This document shows, in pieces, positions 17,678 to 26,448 of a DNA stretch of 64,000 bases. The notes under the pieces are model-generated. The model saw nothing but the letters and a program-made list of their open reading frames with translations, was not told the DNA's origin and ran no database searches. A program made the translations under genes and the position numbers. Source of the stretch: Candidatus Ruthenibacterium avium (GTDB lineage: Bacteria > Bacillota > Clostridia > Oscillospirales > Ruminococcaceae); the NCBI GenBank assembly GCA_019118905.1, contig DWYA01000077.1, positions 4,956-68,955 on the forward strand, in the 5' to 3' direction. Within the stretch, counting starts at the first letter, position 1. Each line of letters starts with the position of its first letter.

Positions 17678-19015
17678 ATGGATTTGATGCAAAAGCTGAA
17701 TATTTTGGCCGACAGTGCGAAATATGATGTGGCCTGTACCTCGTCCGGGGTACAGCGCAAGGGCAATGGCTCCGGGATCGGGAGCACGGCGGCACAGGGC
17801 ATTTGCCATGCTTTTTCTGCGGATGGACGCTGCATTAGTCTATTAAAGGTGCTTTTAACAAATTTTTGTGTGTACGACTGTAAATACTGCGTCAACCGTC
17901 GTTCACGCGATGTGCCGCGCGCCGCGTTTTCACCCAAAGAATTGGCTGAACTCACCATCGAATTTTATCGCCGCAATTACATCGAAGGTCTTTTCTTGTC
18001 CAGTGCAGTTTGCGGCAGTGCGGACAATACCATGGAGCGTATGATTGAAGTGCTGCGGCTGCTGCGGGAAGAATACGGCTTTCGCGGTTATATTCACGCC
18101 AAAACCATTCCCGGCGCCAGTGCCGCGCTGATCGAGAGAATGGGGCTGTTAGCAGACCGCTTGAGCGTTAACATCGAACTGCCAAGCGAAGAAAGCCTGC
18201 GCCGTTTGGCGCCCGAAAAGACAAAGGCGGGTATTTTGGCGCCCATGAAGCAAGTGCGCATTGGAATTTTAGAAAATCAAACCGACTTGGTTCGATATCG
18301 CCATGCGCCGCAGTTTGCGCCCGCAGGTCAAAGCACACAGATGATTGTGGGGGCAAGCGGGGAAAGCGACCGCCAAATTTTACGTTTGACGCAGGGCTTG
18401 TACAATCGCTATCAGCTCAAGCGAGTCTTTTTTTCCGCCTATATCCCCGTGGTACAGGATGCAGCACTGCCCGATGCGCAAACACCACCGCCGCTTTTGC
18501 GCGAACATCGGCTGTATCAGGCGGATTGGCTGCTTCGCTTTTATGGGTTCCATGCAGATGAATTGCTGGATGAACAGCAGCAAAACTTTGAACCTTACTT
18601 AGATCCAAAATGTAGTTGGGCACTGCGCCATTTGGAAGAATTTCCGGTGGATGTCAACAAATGTACTTATGAGCAGCTTTTGCGCGTGCCGGGTATCGGG
18701 GTAAAAAGCGCGCGCAGGATTTGCACTGCACGTCGGGCAGGGCGTTTGTCTATGCTGGACTTGAAGCGCTTAGGCGTTGTGCTCAAGCGCGCCCAGCACT
18801 TTATTATTTGTTCTGATTTTGGGCTGCGTCGTTTTGCCGCGAGGCCCAACCAAAGCCAAATTGTACACGCCTTGCTGGACCCACAGGCGTTTCATTTCGG
18901 CTATGAACAGCTTTCCATGTTTTCACCGGAGGAAGGGGTGCAAAGCCCCAACAAGCAAGTATGGATTGCAGAGAAAAGGGGGGAGGCAGCAGAATGCCTT
19001 TTGCGTCAGATATAA
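17678..19015 (+). CDS. Putative DNA modification/repair radical SAM protein with HhH (TIGR03916-like)
   Basis: KLNILADSAKYDVACTSSG N-terminus, CxxxCxxC (CVYDCKYC), RLHRLYQADWLLRFYGF-like segment and HhH LLRVPGIG. Confidence 0.88.
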   Translation: MDLMQKLNILADSAKYDVACTSSGVQRKGNGSGIGSTAAQGICHAFSADGRCISLLKVLLTNFCVYDCKYCVNRRSRDVPRAAFSPKELAELTIEFYRRNYIEGLFLSSAVCGSADNTMERMIEVLRLLREEYGFRGYIHAKTIPGASAALIERMGLLADRLSVNIELPSEESLRRLAPEKTKAGILAPMKQVRIGILENQTDLVRYRHAPQFAPAGQSTQMIVGASGESDRQILRLTQGLYNRYQLKRVFFSAYIPVVQDAALPDAQTPPPLLREHRLYQADWLLRFYGFHADELLDEQQQNFEPYLDPKCSWALRHLEEFPVDVNKCTYEQLLRVPGIGVKSARRICTARRAGRLSMLDLKRLGVVLKRAQHFIICSDFGLRRFAARPNQSQIVHALLDPQAFHFGYEQLSMFSPEEGVQSPNKQVWIAEKRGEAAECLLRQI

Positions 19016-19821
19016 GATATTTGTATGATGGAAGCTTTGAAGGCTTTCTGTCTTGCGTATTTGATGCAGTTTACAGCAGAACCGTTCCCGTGGACATGTG
19101 CGAACAGTCGATTGCACAGCCAAGCTTTTATCAAGATATGTGGGTTTCTACGGATTTGGAACATGCACAGCGTGTTTATGATTCCATCCCCAAAAAGATT
19201 TGCCCAGATGCTGCCGAATTGGTGCGTGATGCATTTTGCAGCTGTGTTCCACAAAAGGAATTGCTGATTTTTCGCTTTTTAATTTTTGGCTATCGTTACG
19301 GCAAACAAGTATACTACATGAGAAGCCATGCACGAGTGGCGCCTTTGTATGAAGCACAGCGCCATTTGCATAACGAGGCGCACTTGCTGCAAGGTTTTGT
19401 TCGCTTTACCGACACAGGCAGAGCGCTGGTGGCCAAAATTACGCCTAAAAATTTTGTTTTGCCTTATTTAGCGCCGCATTTTTGCGAGCGCTATGCCACA
19501 GAAGATTTTTTGATTTATGATGATACTCACGGTGTCGCCTTGATGTGGAAGCAGGGTGTGGGCAGTATGCTCCCCTTAGAGGCTCTTGAAATGCCGCCTG
19601 TGACGGAAAAAGAAGCGCAGATGCGCGCGCTGTGGAAAAGCTTTTATCAAACGATTGCAATTAAAGAGCGCGAAAACCCGGTATGCCGCCGCACCCACTG
19701 CCCAATGCGCTATTGGAGCAATATGACGGAGTTTTTGCCGGAAGTTCCTATTCATACGCCTCAGTCTCTTTCGGCGCCGCGTTCGGACTGGAATGAACAG
19801 CCGTGGATTGAATTGCCATAA
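18994..19821 (+). CDS. DUF4130/TIGR03915-like putative DNA metabolism protein
   Basis: YDGSFEGFLSCVF, EAHLLQGFVRF, HF..RY and LWK.FY..IAI.ER.NP..R....P.RYW motifs; coupled to the radical SAM gene. Confidence 0.82.
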   Translation: MPFASDIRYLYDGSFEGFLSCVFDAVYSRTVPVDMCEQSIAQPSFYQDMWVSTDLEHAQRVYDSIPKKICPDAAELVRDAFCSCVPQKELLIFRFLIFGYRYGKQVYYMRSHARVAPLYEAQRHLHNEAHLLQGFVRFTDTGRALVAKITPKNFVLPYLAPHFCERYATEDFLIYDDTHGVALMWKQGVGSMLPLEALEMPPVTEKEAQMRALWKSFYQTIAIKERENPVCRRTHCPMRYWSNMTEFLPEVPIHTPQSLSAPRSDWNEQPWIELP

Positions 19822-19873
19822 CATTCCCAAAGTTTGTGCGCAGCAAGTTTTAATACATATAAAATATACAAAG

Positions 19874-19913
19874 AAAAAGCTAGGAGAAAGCAGCCGCTTT
19901 CTCCTAGCTTTTT
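19874..19913. terminator. Bidirectional terminator between the convergent DUF4130 and MCP genes
   Basis: aaaaagctaggagaaagc/gctttctcctagcttttt. Confidence 0.85.
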
Positions 19914-19941
19914 TATGAGATACTGTCAAGCGAGGTAAATT

Positions 19942-22005
19942 TTATTCGTCATCTTCAATATGCAGACGGAATTGTGCAACCAATTTTTTCATCATACGCG
20001 CCTGGCCTGCAAGCTGTTCGCTGGCGGCGGCAGCTTCTTCGGCAGTTGCGGAGTTTGTTTGGATGACAGAAGAAATTTGATCAACGCCGATTGCCGTTTG
20101 CTGAACCTGTTTATCCTGCTCTTCCGAGTTTTGTACAACGTGGCTGGTTTGTTCTGCCACACGGTTCACGCCCTCAAATACACGGTGGAACGAAGCCGCG
20201 GTTTCATCGGCAATCGTTTTGCCGTTTTGGACGGCAACAAGCGCTTTTTCAATCAGCGTTGCCGTTGTTTTAGACGCTTCTGCCGATTTGCCGGCGAGAT
20301 TTCTCACTTCATCGGCAACGACGGCAAAGCCTTTTCCGGCCTGTCCGGCGCGTGCAGCCTCTACGGCGGCATTCAGCGCAAGAATATTGGTTTGGAATGC
20401 GATATCCTCAATGCTCTTGATGATTTTCTCAATTTCCAAAGAGCTTTGTGTAATTTCGTTCATTGCTTGGAGCATATGTTCCATTTTTTGGTCGCCGGAA
20501 CGAATCTCCGTGACTACGGCGGTCATTTCTTCATTGGCGCTTTCCAAGTGATGGGTGCTGCTGTTAATTTGCTCGGAAATCTGTGCCACCGTAGCGGTAA
20601 GCTGCTCTGCGCTGGCTGCCTGCTCGGTAGCGCCCTGTGCCTGAGACTGAGCACCGATAGAAACTTGCTCGGCGCCGGTGCTTACCTCATCCGCAGCAAC
20701 CACAACTTCATGCAGCGTTTGCGACAACAGCTTCTGAACGCGCAAAAGCTCATCTTTAACCCTAGAAAACTCGCCGGCATAGTCATGCTCCAGCGTGAAA
20801 TCGAGATTACCTTTACCGATTTCCAAAAGCACATCACAAATTTCGTCAATGTACTCCATGTAGGTTTTCAAGCGGGCAACAATACGAGAAATATTGTAGC
20901 CCAGCACGGCAACTTCATCGCTGCCAGTAACATCGACGTTGACATTCAATTCGCCCGCCGCAATCTTTCCGGCAACATGGGTCAGCTTGCGCACAGAACG
21001 TGTGATATTAAACCCAAACAGCGTTACAATCACGCCAAGAACGATGATGCAAGCGACAAAGCAAATCGTGATAGATAAAACGGTTTCACTGATATAGGAG
21101 TTGTACTCTGCCTGCGGAAGAATTCCTAACACAACGCCGCCAAACGCCTCTAAGTAATAAACAGAACCTTGATAGGCTTGGCCATCTCGGACATAAGAAA
21201 GGCTCTTTTGTGTTTCGTTGTTATTGATTGCCTGTGCAATATTTTCAGAATAATCCACTTCGGAGATGTTCTTTCCTACCAAAGAGGAATCGGGATGGAA
21301 AGCAATGGTTTTTGTCGGGTCAAACAAGGTGATATAACCGCTTTCACCGATTTTTACGGAAGAGAGTTCGTCAATGAGGCACGAAATGGAAACGTCCATT
21401 CCGACGATGGCTTTAATCGTACCGTTTTGAACAACCGGTGCGGCAACGGTGACAATGGTTTCGCCGCTGAGTGTATCCTCATAAGCACTGCTTACTGTGC
21501 ATTCGCCTGTGTTCATAATGGATTGATACCAATCGCGCTGGGATACGTCCTGCTTTTCGCTTCCATACAAGCTGCCGTCTGCAAAAAGCGTCTGCCCATT
21601 CTTGCTGATGTTGCACAGCCACGCACTGGAAATATTCGTGGTATCGGCATCCATTAAGCTTTTCAGCTCTTGTGTAGCTGCGGCAAACGACTCACTTTTT
21701 TCAAAGTCCTCGGTACTCCAGTCTTTCACGGCGTTAAAAAATACCTGAGAGCCGGAGTGCGCGCGCACCATGCCCAGAAACTCAGAGAAAAAGGCATCCA
21801 CCTGCCAGCCCGCACGATGTGTTTCTGCCGAAAGATAGTTGTCGTCCAAGTCTACTACCATCTTCTTCATGCTATTTGTAATCAAAGCCCCGGCGATCAG
21901 CAAAACGACCGCAAGAGGAAGCATAATACCGGCAATGAGCTTGACAAGGACACTGACTTTCACTTTAGTCACGCTCTTTTTATCAGCGCTTACTGTCGAT
22001 TTCAT
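19942..22005 (-). CDS. Methyl-accepting chemotaxis protein with dCache sensor and HAMP
   Basis: Two TMs; Cache motifs WYQ...SSAYED and IGESGY; signalling tip [32 protein letters not shown]. Confidence 0.95.
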   Translation of the reverse strand: MKSTVSADKKSVTKVKVSVLVKLIAGIMLPLAVVLLIAGALITNSMKKMVVDLDDNYLSAETHRAGWQVDAFFSEFLGMVRAHSGSQVFFNAVKDWSTEDFEKSESFAAATQELKSLMDADTTNISSAWLCNISKNGQTLFADGSLYGSEKQDVSQRDWYQSIMNTGECTVSSAYEDTLSGETIVTVAAPVVQNGTIKAIVGMDVSISCLIDELSSVKIGESGYITLFDPTKTIAFHPDSSLVGKNISEVDYSENIAQAINNNETQKSLSYVRDGQAYQGSVYYLEAFGGVVLGILPQAEYNSYISETVLSITICFVACIIVLGVIVTLFGFNITRSVRKLTHVAGKIAAGELNVNVDVTGSDEVAVLGYNISRIVARLKTYMEYIDEICDVLLEIGKGNLDFTLEHDYAGEFSRVKDELLRVQKLLSQTLHEVVVAADEVSTGAEQVSIGAQSQAQGATEQAASAEQLTATVAQISEQINSSTHHLESANEEMTAVVTEIRSGDQKMEHMLQAMNEITQSSLEIEKIIKSIEDIAFQTNILALNAAVEAARAGQAGKGFAVVADEVRNLAGKSAEASKTTATLIEKALVAVQNGKTIADETAASFHRVFEGVNRVAEQTSHVVQNSEEQDKQVQQTAIGVDQISSVIQTNSATAEEAAAASEQLAGQARMMKKLVAQFRLHIEDDE

Positions 22006-22296
22006 CTTTCATCATTCCTTCCCATTTGATGATTGATAGTTGTGAGTCGACCTGAAAAAGTTTTATCCATCTAAAGTGTAAAAGATAGGTTCAAGTAACT
22101 CTAGTATAATTATATTTCCTTTTATGTAATGTTGAAATTGATTTTTTGGACAAAGAATGAAAAAATTTTGTGGTAAAAATGACTAATCCTACAAATAAAG
22201 GGCAATTAATATAAAAGTTTTTCATATAATACTGGATGTATTTGTTCCTTATGCCTAAAAGTTTGACAATTGAAAAAATTTTTTGCGACACAATGA

Positions 22297-22338
22297 AAGC
22301 AGGGTGTTATTGTATAAAAATACAATAACACCCTGCTT
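22297..22338. terminator. 19-bp perfect stem-loop downstream of the EAL-HDOD gene
   Basis: aagcagggtgttattgtat, aaaa, atacaataacaccctgctt; weak U tract. Confidence 0.6.
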
Positions 22339-22347
22339 GAGTGCAAA

Positions 22348-23610
22348 TTATTCTTTGTTTTCGTTTTCGTCGGTTTGTGCTGCACCGTCAAACGGCTCCA
22401 TCAAGCTGTTCCAAGTAGAGGTTACATAATCTACTGCTTCCAAATACTTGCGGGAAATCGTTTCCATGCTGAGGTTCAGCTCCTGTGCAATGCGTGTTAC
22501 ACGCGGCCACTCGCCTTGCTCGTAGGCGATGGTCAAACGGTACAGAGAACCGCACATGCCTTCTTTTTTCACAAGGCCGTTTTTCAGCTCGTCGGAAACC
22601 GGCAGCGATTTCAGTGCCTCTTCCAAAGTAACATCCAACAGACGATCCAAAATGGAGAACATACCCAGCATATAAGCCTCGCTGTATGCCAAGGGGAAAT
22701 CGGGGATTTCCTGAGACAGTGCCTGGCAGAACACAGCGCGCTGGAACGAAATTTTAATGATCTCGTCGGTGAAGTCACCCTCGCCGCCGAAGCTCAACAG
22801 ATAAATCCACTGACGCAGCTGGCCTAAGCCCAAAATGGTAAGCGCCTGCTTAATGTCTTTTACACGGTTGGGAATGGCGAAGTAAGCCGAGTTTACCATT
22901 TTCAGCAAAGAGAACGTAAGAGTAACGTCCATGCCGATCAGCTCTGCAATCTCCTCCAAGTCCGGCTCCTCGCGCGTAGCGGCAGCCATCAAGCGGAAGA
23001 AGTTCGACTGCAAGTGCTTGGGGTTTTTCTGGGCTTTGCTTTGAGCAATGTCCGCCACACTGGTGCCCTGCAAATAATCAAAGTGATTGCTTTCTGCCAA
23101 TGCGCGTGCCTCGGGAGTATCAATGTGATAGGCCGCAAGCTTCAAATTGAACTCTTTGGCAACAGAAAGATAAGTATCCAGCTTTTTCTGGGAAATGCCG
23201 TCGAAGTTGATTTTTAAAATATCAATCAGCGACAAAATGTTCATATAGCGGCTGTTGAACTGGAAGCCGGAAAGAGAAAGACGATACCCCTGTTTTTTAT
23301 AGCGCTGAAGCATCATACGCGCCACAGGATGAACCAGCACGCTGTCCTCCACTTGAATGACCAGCTTGTGAGGGTCAAACACGCGGGGAATATTCTGCAT
23401 CAGCAAATTGGGCGTAAAGCTCAAAAAGGCATCGCGCCCATCCAAGAACGAAGACTCATCCAATTGGTTAAAAAACTGCACAATGGCTTGTGCGGTATGG
23501 AAGTCATGCGGGCTGTCTACCGTTTGGCTGTTTTGAAAATAAAGCAGCTCATACGCAGCAATCTTTCCGTCCTTGCCGATAATCGGCTGGCGTGCAATAC
23601 AATTATCCAT
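22348..23610 (-). CDS. EAL-like plus HDOD domain protein (CdgJ type)
   Basis: IARQPI...AYELLY (ELL variant of EAL); HDOD segment I..DVTLTF.LLKMVNSAYF......IKQAL.ILG. Confidence 0.88.
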   Translation of the reverse strand: MDNCIARQPIIGKDGKIAAYELLYFQNSQTVDSPHDFHTAQAIVQFFNQLDESSFLDGRDAFLSFTPNLLMQNIPRVFDPHKLVIQVEDSVLVHPVARMMLQRYKKQGYRLSLSGFQFNSRYMNILSLIDILKINFDGISQKKLDTYLSVAKEFNLKLAAYHIDTPEARALAESNHFDYLQGTSVADIAQSKAQKNPKHLQSNFFRLMAAATREEPDLEEIAELIGMDVTLTFSLLKMVNSAYFAIPNRVKDIKQALTILGLGQLRQWIYLLSFGGEGDFTDEIIKISFQRAVFCQALSQEIPDFPLAYSEAYMLGMFSILDRLLDVTLEEALKSLPVSDELKNGLVKKEGMCGSLYRLTIAYEQGEWPRVTRIAQELNLSMETISRKYLEAVDYVTSTWNSLMEPFDGAAQTDENENKE

Positions 23611-23656
23611 ATTATTTCCTCCTTAATACAGTGCCCCGGCAAGGCCGGAGTGAGTA

Positions 23657-24025
23657 TTATGTTGACTGGGGTTCCTGCGCTTCGGGCGAAGGCTCGGCCG
23701 CAGCGGCAGGGGTAGGGGCAGGGGGCGGCTCACGGCGCACAGGCACAGGTGCCGGCGCCCCTTGCAGCTGAGAAGCTGTTTTTAAAATTTGCAGGTAAAT
23801 GGCAGCCACAAGCTCATACATATCACGAGGAATCGTGGTGCCGATTTCCAACATGCACAGCATCGAGGCAGCGCTGTCATCGCGATAAACGGGAATACCG
23901 CGCTGTTCGGCAATATCAATGATATTTTCCGCCACTTCGCCGTAACCCGAAGCAATCACAACGGGTGCAAGATCCTGCTCGGCGTTATACTTTAAGGCAA
24001 CCGCCTTTTTATCAAACTTTGACAT
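23657..24025 (-). CDS. FlhB C-terminal-domain-like protein (FlhX/YlqH type) with Pro-rich tail
   Basis: KAVALKY....APVVIASGYG.VAE.II..A...IPVY.D and L..LEIG..IP...YE.VA motifs. Confidence 0.88.
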   Translation of the reverse strand: MSKFDKKAVALKYNAEQDLAPVVIASGYGEVAENIIDIAEQRGIPVYRDDSAASMLCMLEIGTTIPRDMYELVAAIYLQILKTASQLQGAPAPVPVRREPPPAPTPAAAAEPSPEAQEPQST

Positions 24026-25622
24026 CAAGACCCATCCTTTTATACGGAAGCGATTTAAAGGCTTCCATCAGAGAACGCGGGCGCTCCAGCGCATCAAAAC
24101 GCATCGAGCCCGCACGGTAATCCATCGCGGTAAACATTTGGGCCAAGGGCTTGGACATTTGAGAAAACGTTGATTCAAGCCCGGGCGGACAGAACAGCTG
24201 GAAGTCGACAACGCGGTCTTTGTCGTGCACATAAACGTCTGCTTCAAAGCGGCCAACACCCTCGGAGTCAATGACCAGCAAGAAATGGACGCCTTTTCCG
24301 GCCCCCTTGGGCATGTCTTTTTCATCGCTGTCGGGGTTGACCCAGATTTCCGCGAATGCGCGGGAGCCCAGATGGTCTACCGGAATAATAAAGTGTAAAA
24401 GCGGTGTAAAGTTGCACGGCGAAGAAAGCAAGCTGTGCAGAATTTGCTCCACCTTTGCCTCGTCACCTGCGGAAAGTCGCTCGTTTGCCGCTTGAATGCC
24501 CAGCAGCTTTGTCAGCGTGTCCATTACGCGCGATGTGCCGTCTTTGAGCTCGGGATGAAAGCGACCCTCACGCAAACCGGCCAAAAAGCCGTCGATTAAA
24601 CCGGAAAACATACGGCGCTGCGGCCCGCTGAGATGCTGACGCAGGAAAAAAGCCGACTCGTGAAAATAATCCTCACTGGCGGTGTAACGCGAAAGGTTGT
24701 ACTTTAAAATAGACAGCACCTTATCCATTTTGGAGTTGTACAAAATGCTGGATTCCACATCGGACAAAAACGAGAGAATCTCACGCTTGAGAGCGGGGAA
24801 ATCCTCCACATTTTTCATGGTCTGCTTTCCCTCAGACGTTTCCACGGGCTTTTCCAGCGCTTGCTTTAAGGCTGAAAGTTCCTCGTCGGTGTGAGCCGTC
24901 TGAGCACCGCCCGCCATTTGTGCCGCTTGGCCGGACGCCATTTGCTTGGCCTGCTGCATGGCCTCGTTTAATGCAGAAGCACTTTGCTGACCCGCCTGAG
25001 GCGTTTCTTCCGCAAGCTGAGCAAGCAGGCGGTCAAGTTTGGCCGATAAATCCTTGCTGGAATGAAGCGATTTTTTCAAATACAGAAGGTTGTTGTAAAC
25101 CGCCCCTTGAATATCCTGCCGACAAAGCAAGCCGTTGGCCGCGCGCAGAAAATTGGCAATTGCAGCTTGCAGATCGCTGCGCGGTGCAGCCTTTTCGTTA
25201 ATCTGGCGCAAAAAATCGAACAGCTCACCGCGCAAAAGCGTGGCTGTTTCGCCCTGACGCATCATCTCGGGAGCAATTTCCTGCTCGTTCATCATCATGC
25301 CGCCGAACAATTGCTCAATTTCCGCCGTCATAGAGCGGTTATTGGCAGGAAGCAGCTTGAAAATTTCCTCCAAAAACGAAATGTTTTTCAGGTAGGAGGC
25401 GGCGACGGCAGGGTCTTTCAAAAGGCTTAAAAGCATTGCCGGCGCGCTGGAATTTTCAAGGCCGTTGTTGTGTTCCTGGCTTAGATTGGTTTGATTATGG
25501 GTTTGGATGACCTTTTCTGTGTTTTGAATATTTAATATGCCTGGAGCATCCGTAGGCATATTCGGCTGAACCGGTTGATTTTTATTGATGACCGGTGTCA
25601 TTACTTTCAGTAAATCTGCCAA
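24012..25622 (-). CDS. FliK-like hook-length control family protein
   Basis: Long low-complexity helical body with a C-terminal beta-rich domain; directly upstream of the FlhB-like gene. TTG 25622 follows an AAGGAG RBS. Confidence 0.55.
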   Translation of the reverse strand: MADLLKVMTPVINKNQPVQPNMPTDAPGILNIQNTEKVIQTHNQTNLSQEHNNGLENSSAPAMLLSLLKDPAVAASYLKNISFLEEIFKLLPANNRSMTAEIEQLFGGMMMNEQEIAPEMMRQGETATLLRGELFDFLRQINEKAAPRSDLQAAIANFLRAANGLLCRQDIQGAVYNNLLYLKKSLHSSKDLSAKLDRLLAQLAEETPQAGQQSASALNEAMQQAKQMASGQAAQMAGGAQTAHTDEELSALKQALEKPVETSEGKQTMKNVEDFPALKREILSFLSDVESSILYNSKMDKVLSILKYNLSRYTASEDYFHESAFFLRQHLSGPQRRMFSGLIDGFLAGLREGRFHPELKDGTSRVMDTLTKLLGIQAANERLSAGDEAKVEQILHSLLSSPCNFTPLLHFIIPVDHLGSRAFAEIWVNPDSDEKDMPKGAGKGVHFLLVIDSEGVGRFEADVYVHDKDRVVDFQLFCPPGLESTFSQMSKPLAQMFTAMDYRAGSMRFDALERPRSLMEAFKSLPYKRMGLDVKV

Positions 25623-25888
25623 TGCCGAATCTCCTTCACAAGTAAAATTGCCGCAAATATAGGTGCACACGCGCACCCTACATATAAGTTATCTCACAGA
25701 AAACCAAAATTTCAAGACTAAGCAGCACAAAAATCAATATTTTTTCCTTGACTGACGTCAAAGAAATCAAGAAAGTGAAAATATCTGCCCGTTAACAGTG
25801 CACACACGATATTGTGTTTGCCGTGCGGACAAGTGGGCAAAAAGCGCAAGTTTTGGCGTAAAGCGCTGCAAAAAAATTTACAAAAAAG

Positions 25889-25917
25889 TTGCTTTATACA
25901 TGGGTATGTAGTAAAAT
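25889..25917 (+). promoter_or_regulatory. SigA-like promoter about 530 bp upstream of cheA
   Basis: TTGCTT, 17 bp, TAAAAT. Confidence 0.55.
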
Positions 25918-26448
25918 AAAGCCTATAAGGCTTGGGGAATTGGTGTCTGTGCAGGCCCGAACAGCATGCAAAATAAGTGAATGAAACGCGGGGAACGCCA
26001 AGCGAAACATTCTCGCAGCATGCGCAGGGAAAAGCACAAATATGCACCCTGGCCAAGAGCGGCTTGTGCGTATGTTCGGCGCAGGACAGCCCGTGCTGTG
26101 AAAAAGCGTACAACTTTTTAACATGTCTTTCCCTTTGACAAACAGGGAAAGCTCCGGTGCGCCGCCGTTTGAAGCGGCGGGGGTTGCGCGCAAAAATACG
26201 CGGCATACAGGGCTGTTTTTTAGTCGATTGACAGTGTGCATAACCGCGACAACTGTCCGGCATACGGGTGAGGTGAAAATATAAAAATCGCCTGTCAAGG
26301 CTTGTATTTTCCTCAAACCGTGTGATAATAGAATTACGAGGTATTATCTGCTTACTGGCACTGAACAGGCCGGGGACGCCGGCGCTTTTTAAAAGCGATG
26401 CGTGCGGCCCGTTTGGGGTGTCAAATGAAATGAAGAGGGTGAATGTTT

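Noticed and set aside
25884-25895. aaaagttgcttt as another S24-repressor operator (11/12 match to the inverted AAAACAACTTTT; also acaactttt near 26110 and a 2-nt-spacer variant near 22096)
   Set aside because: Only half-sites or wrong spacing relative to the ACT-WWW-AGT core, and likely by chance in AT-rich DNA.
25936-26092. 6S RNA
   Set aside because: Multibranched rather than rod-like by eye, and the UGUUCG-like segment is on the 3' side in both orientations.
25718-26316. ORFs of 181 aa and 140 aa in the FliK-cheA gap
   Set aside because: Overlapping, Cys/Arg-rich composition, no RBS and no motifs.
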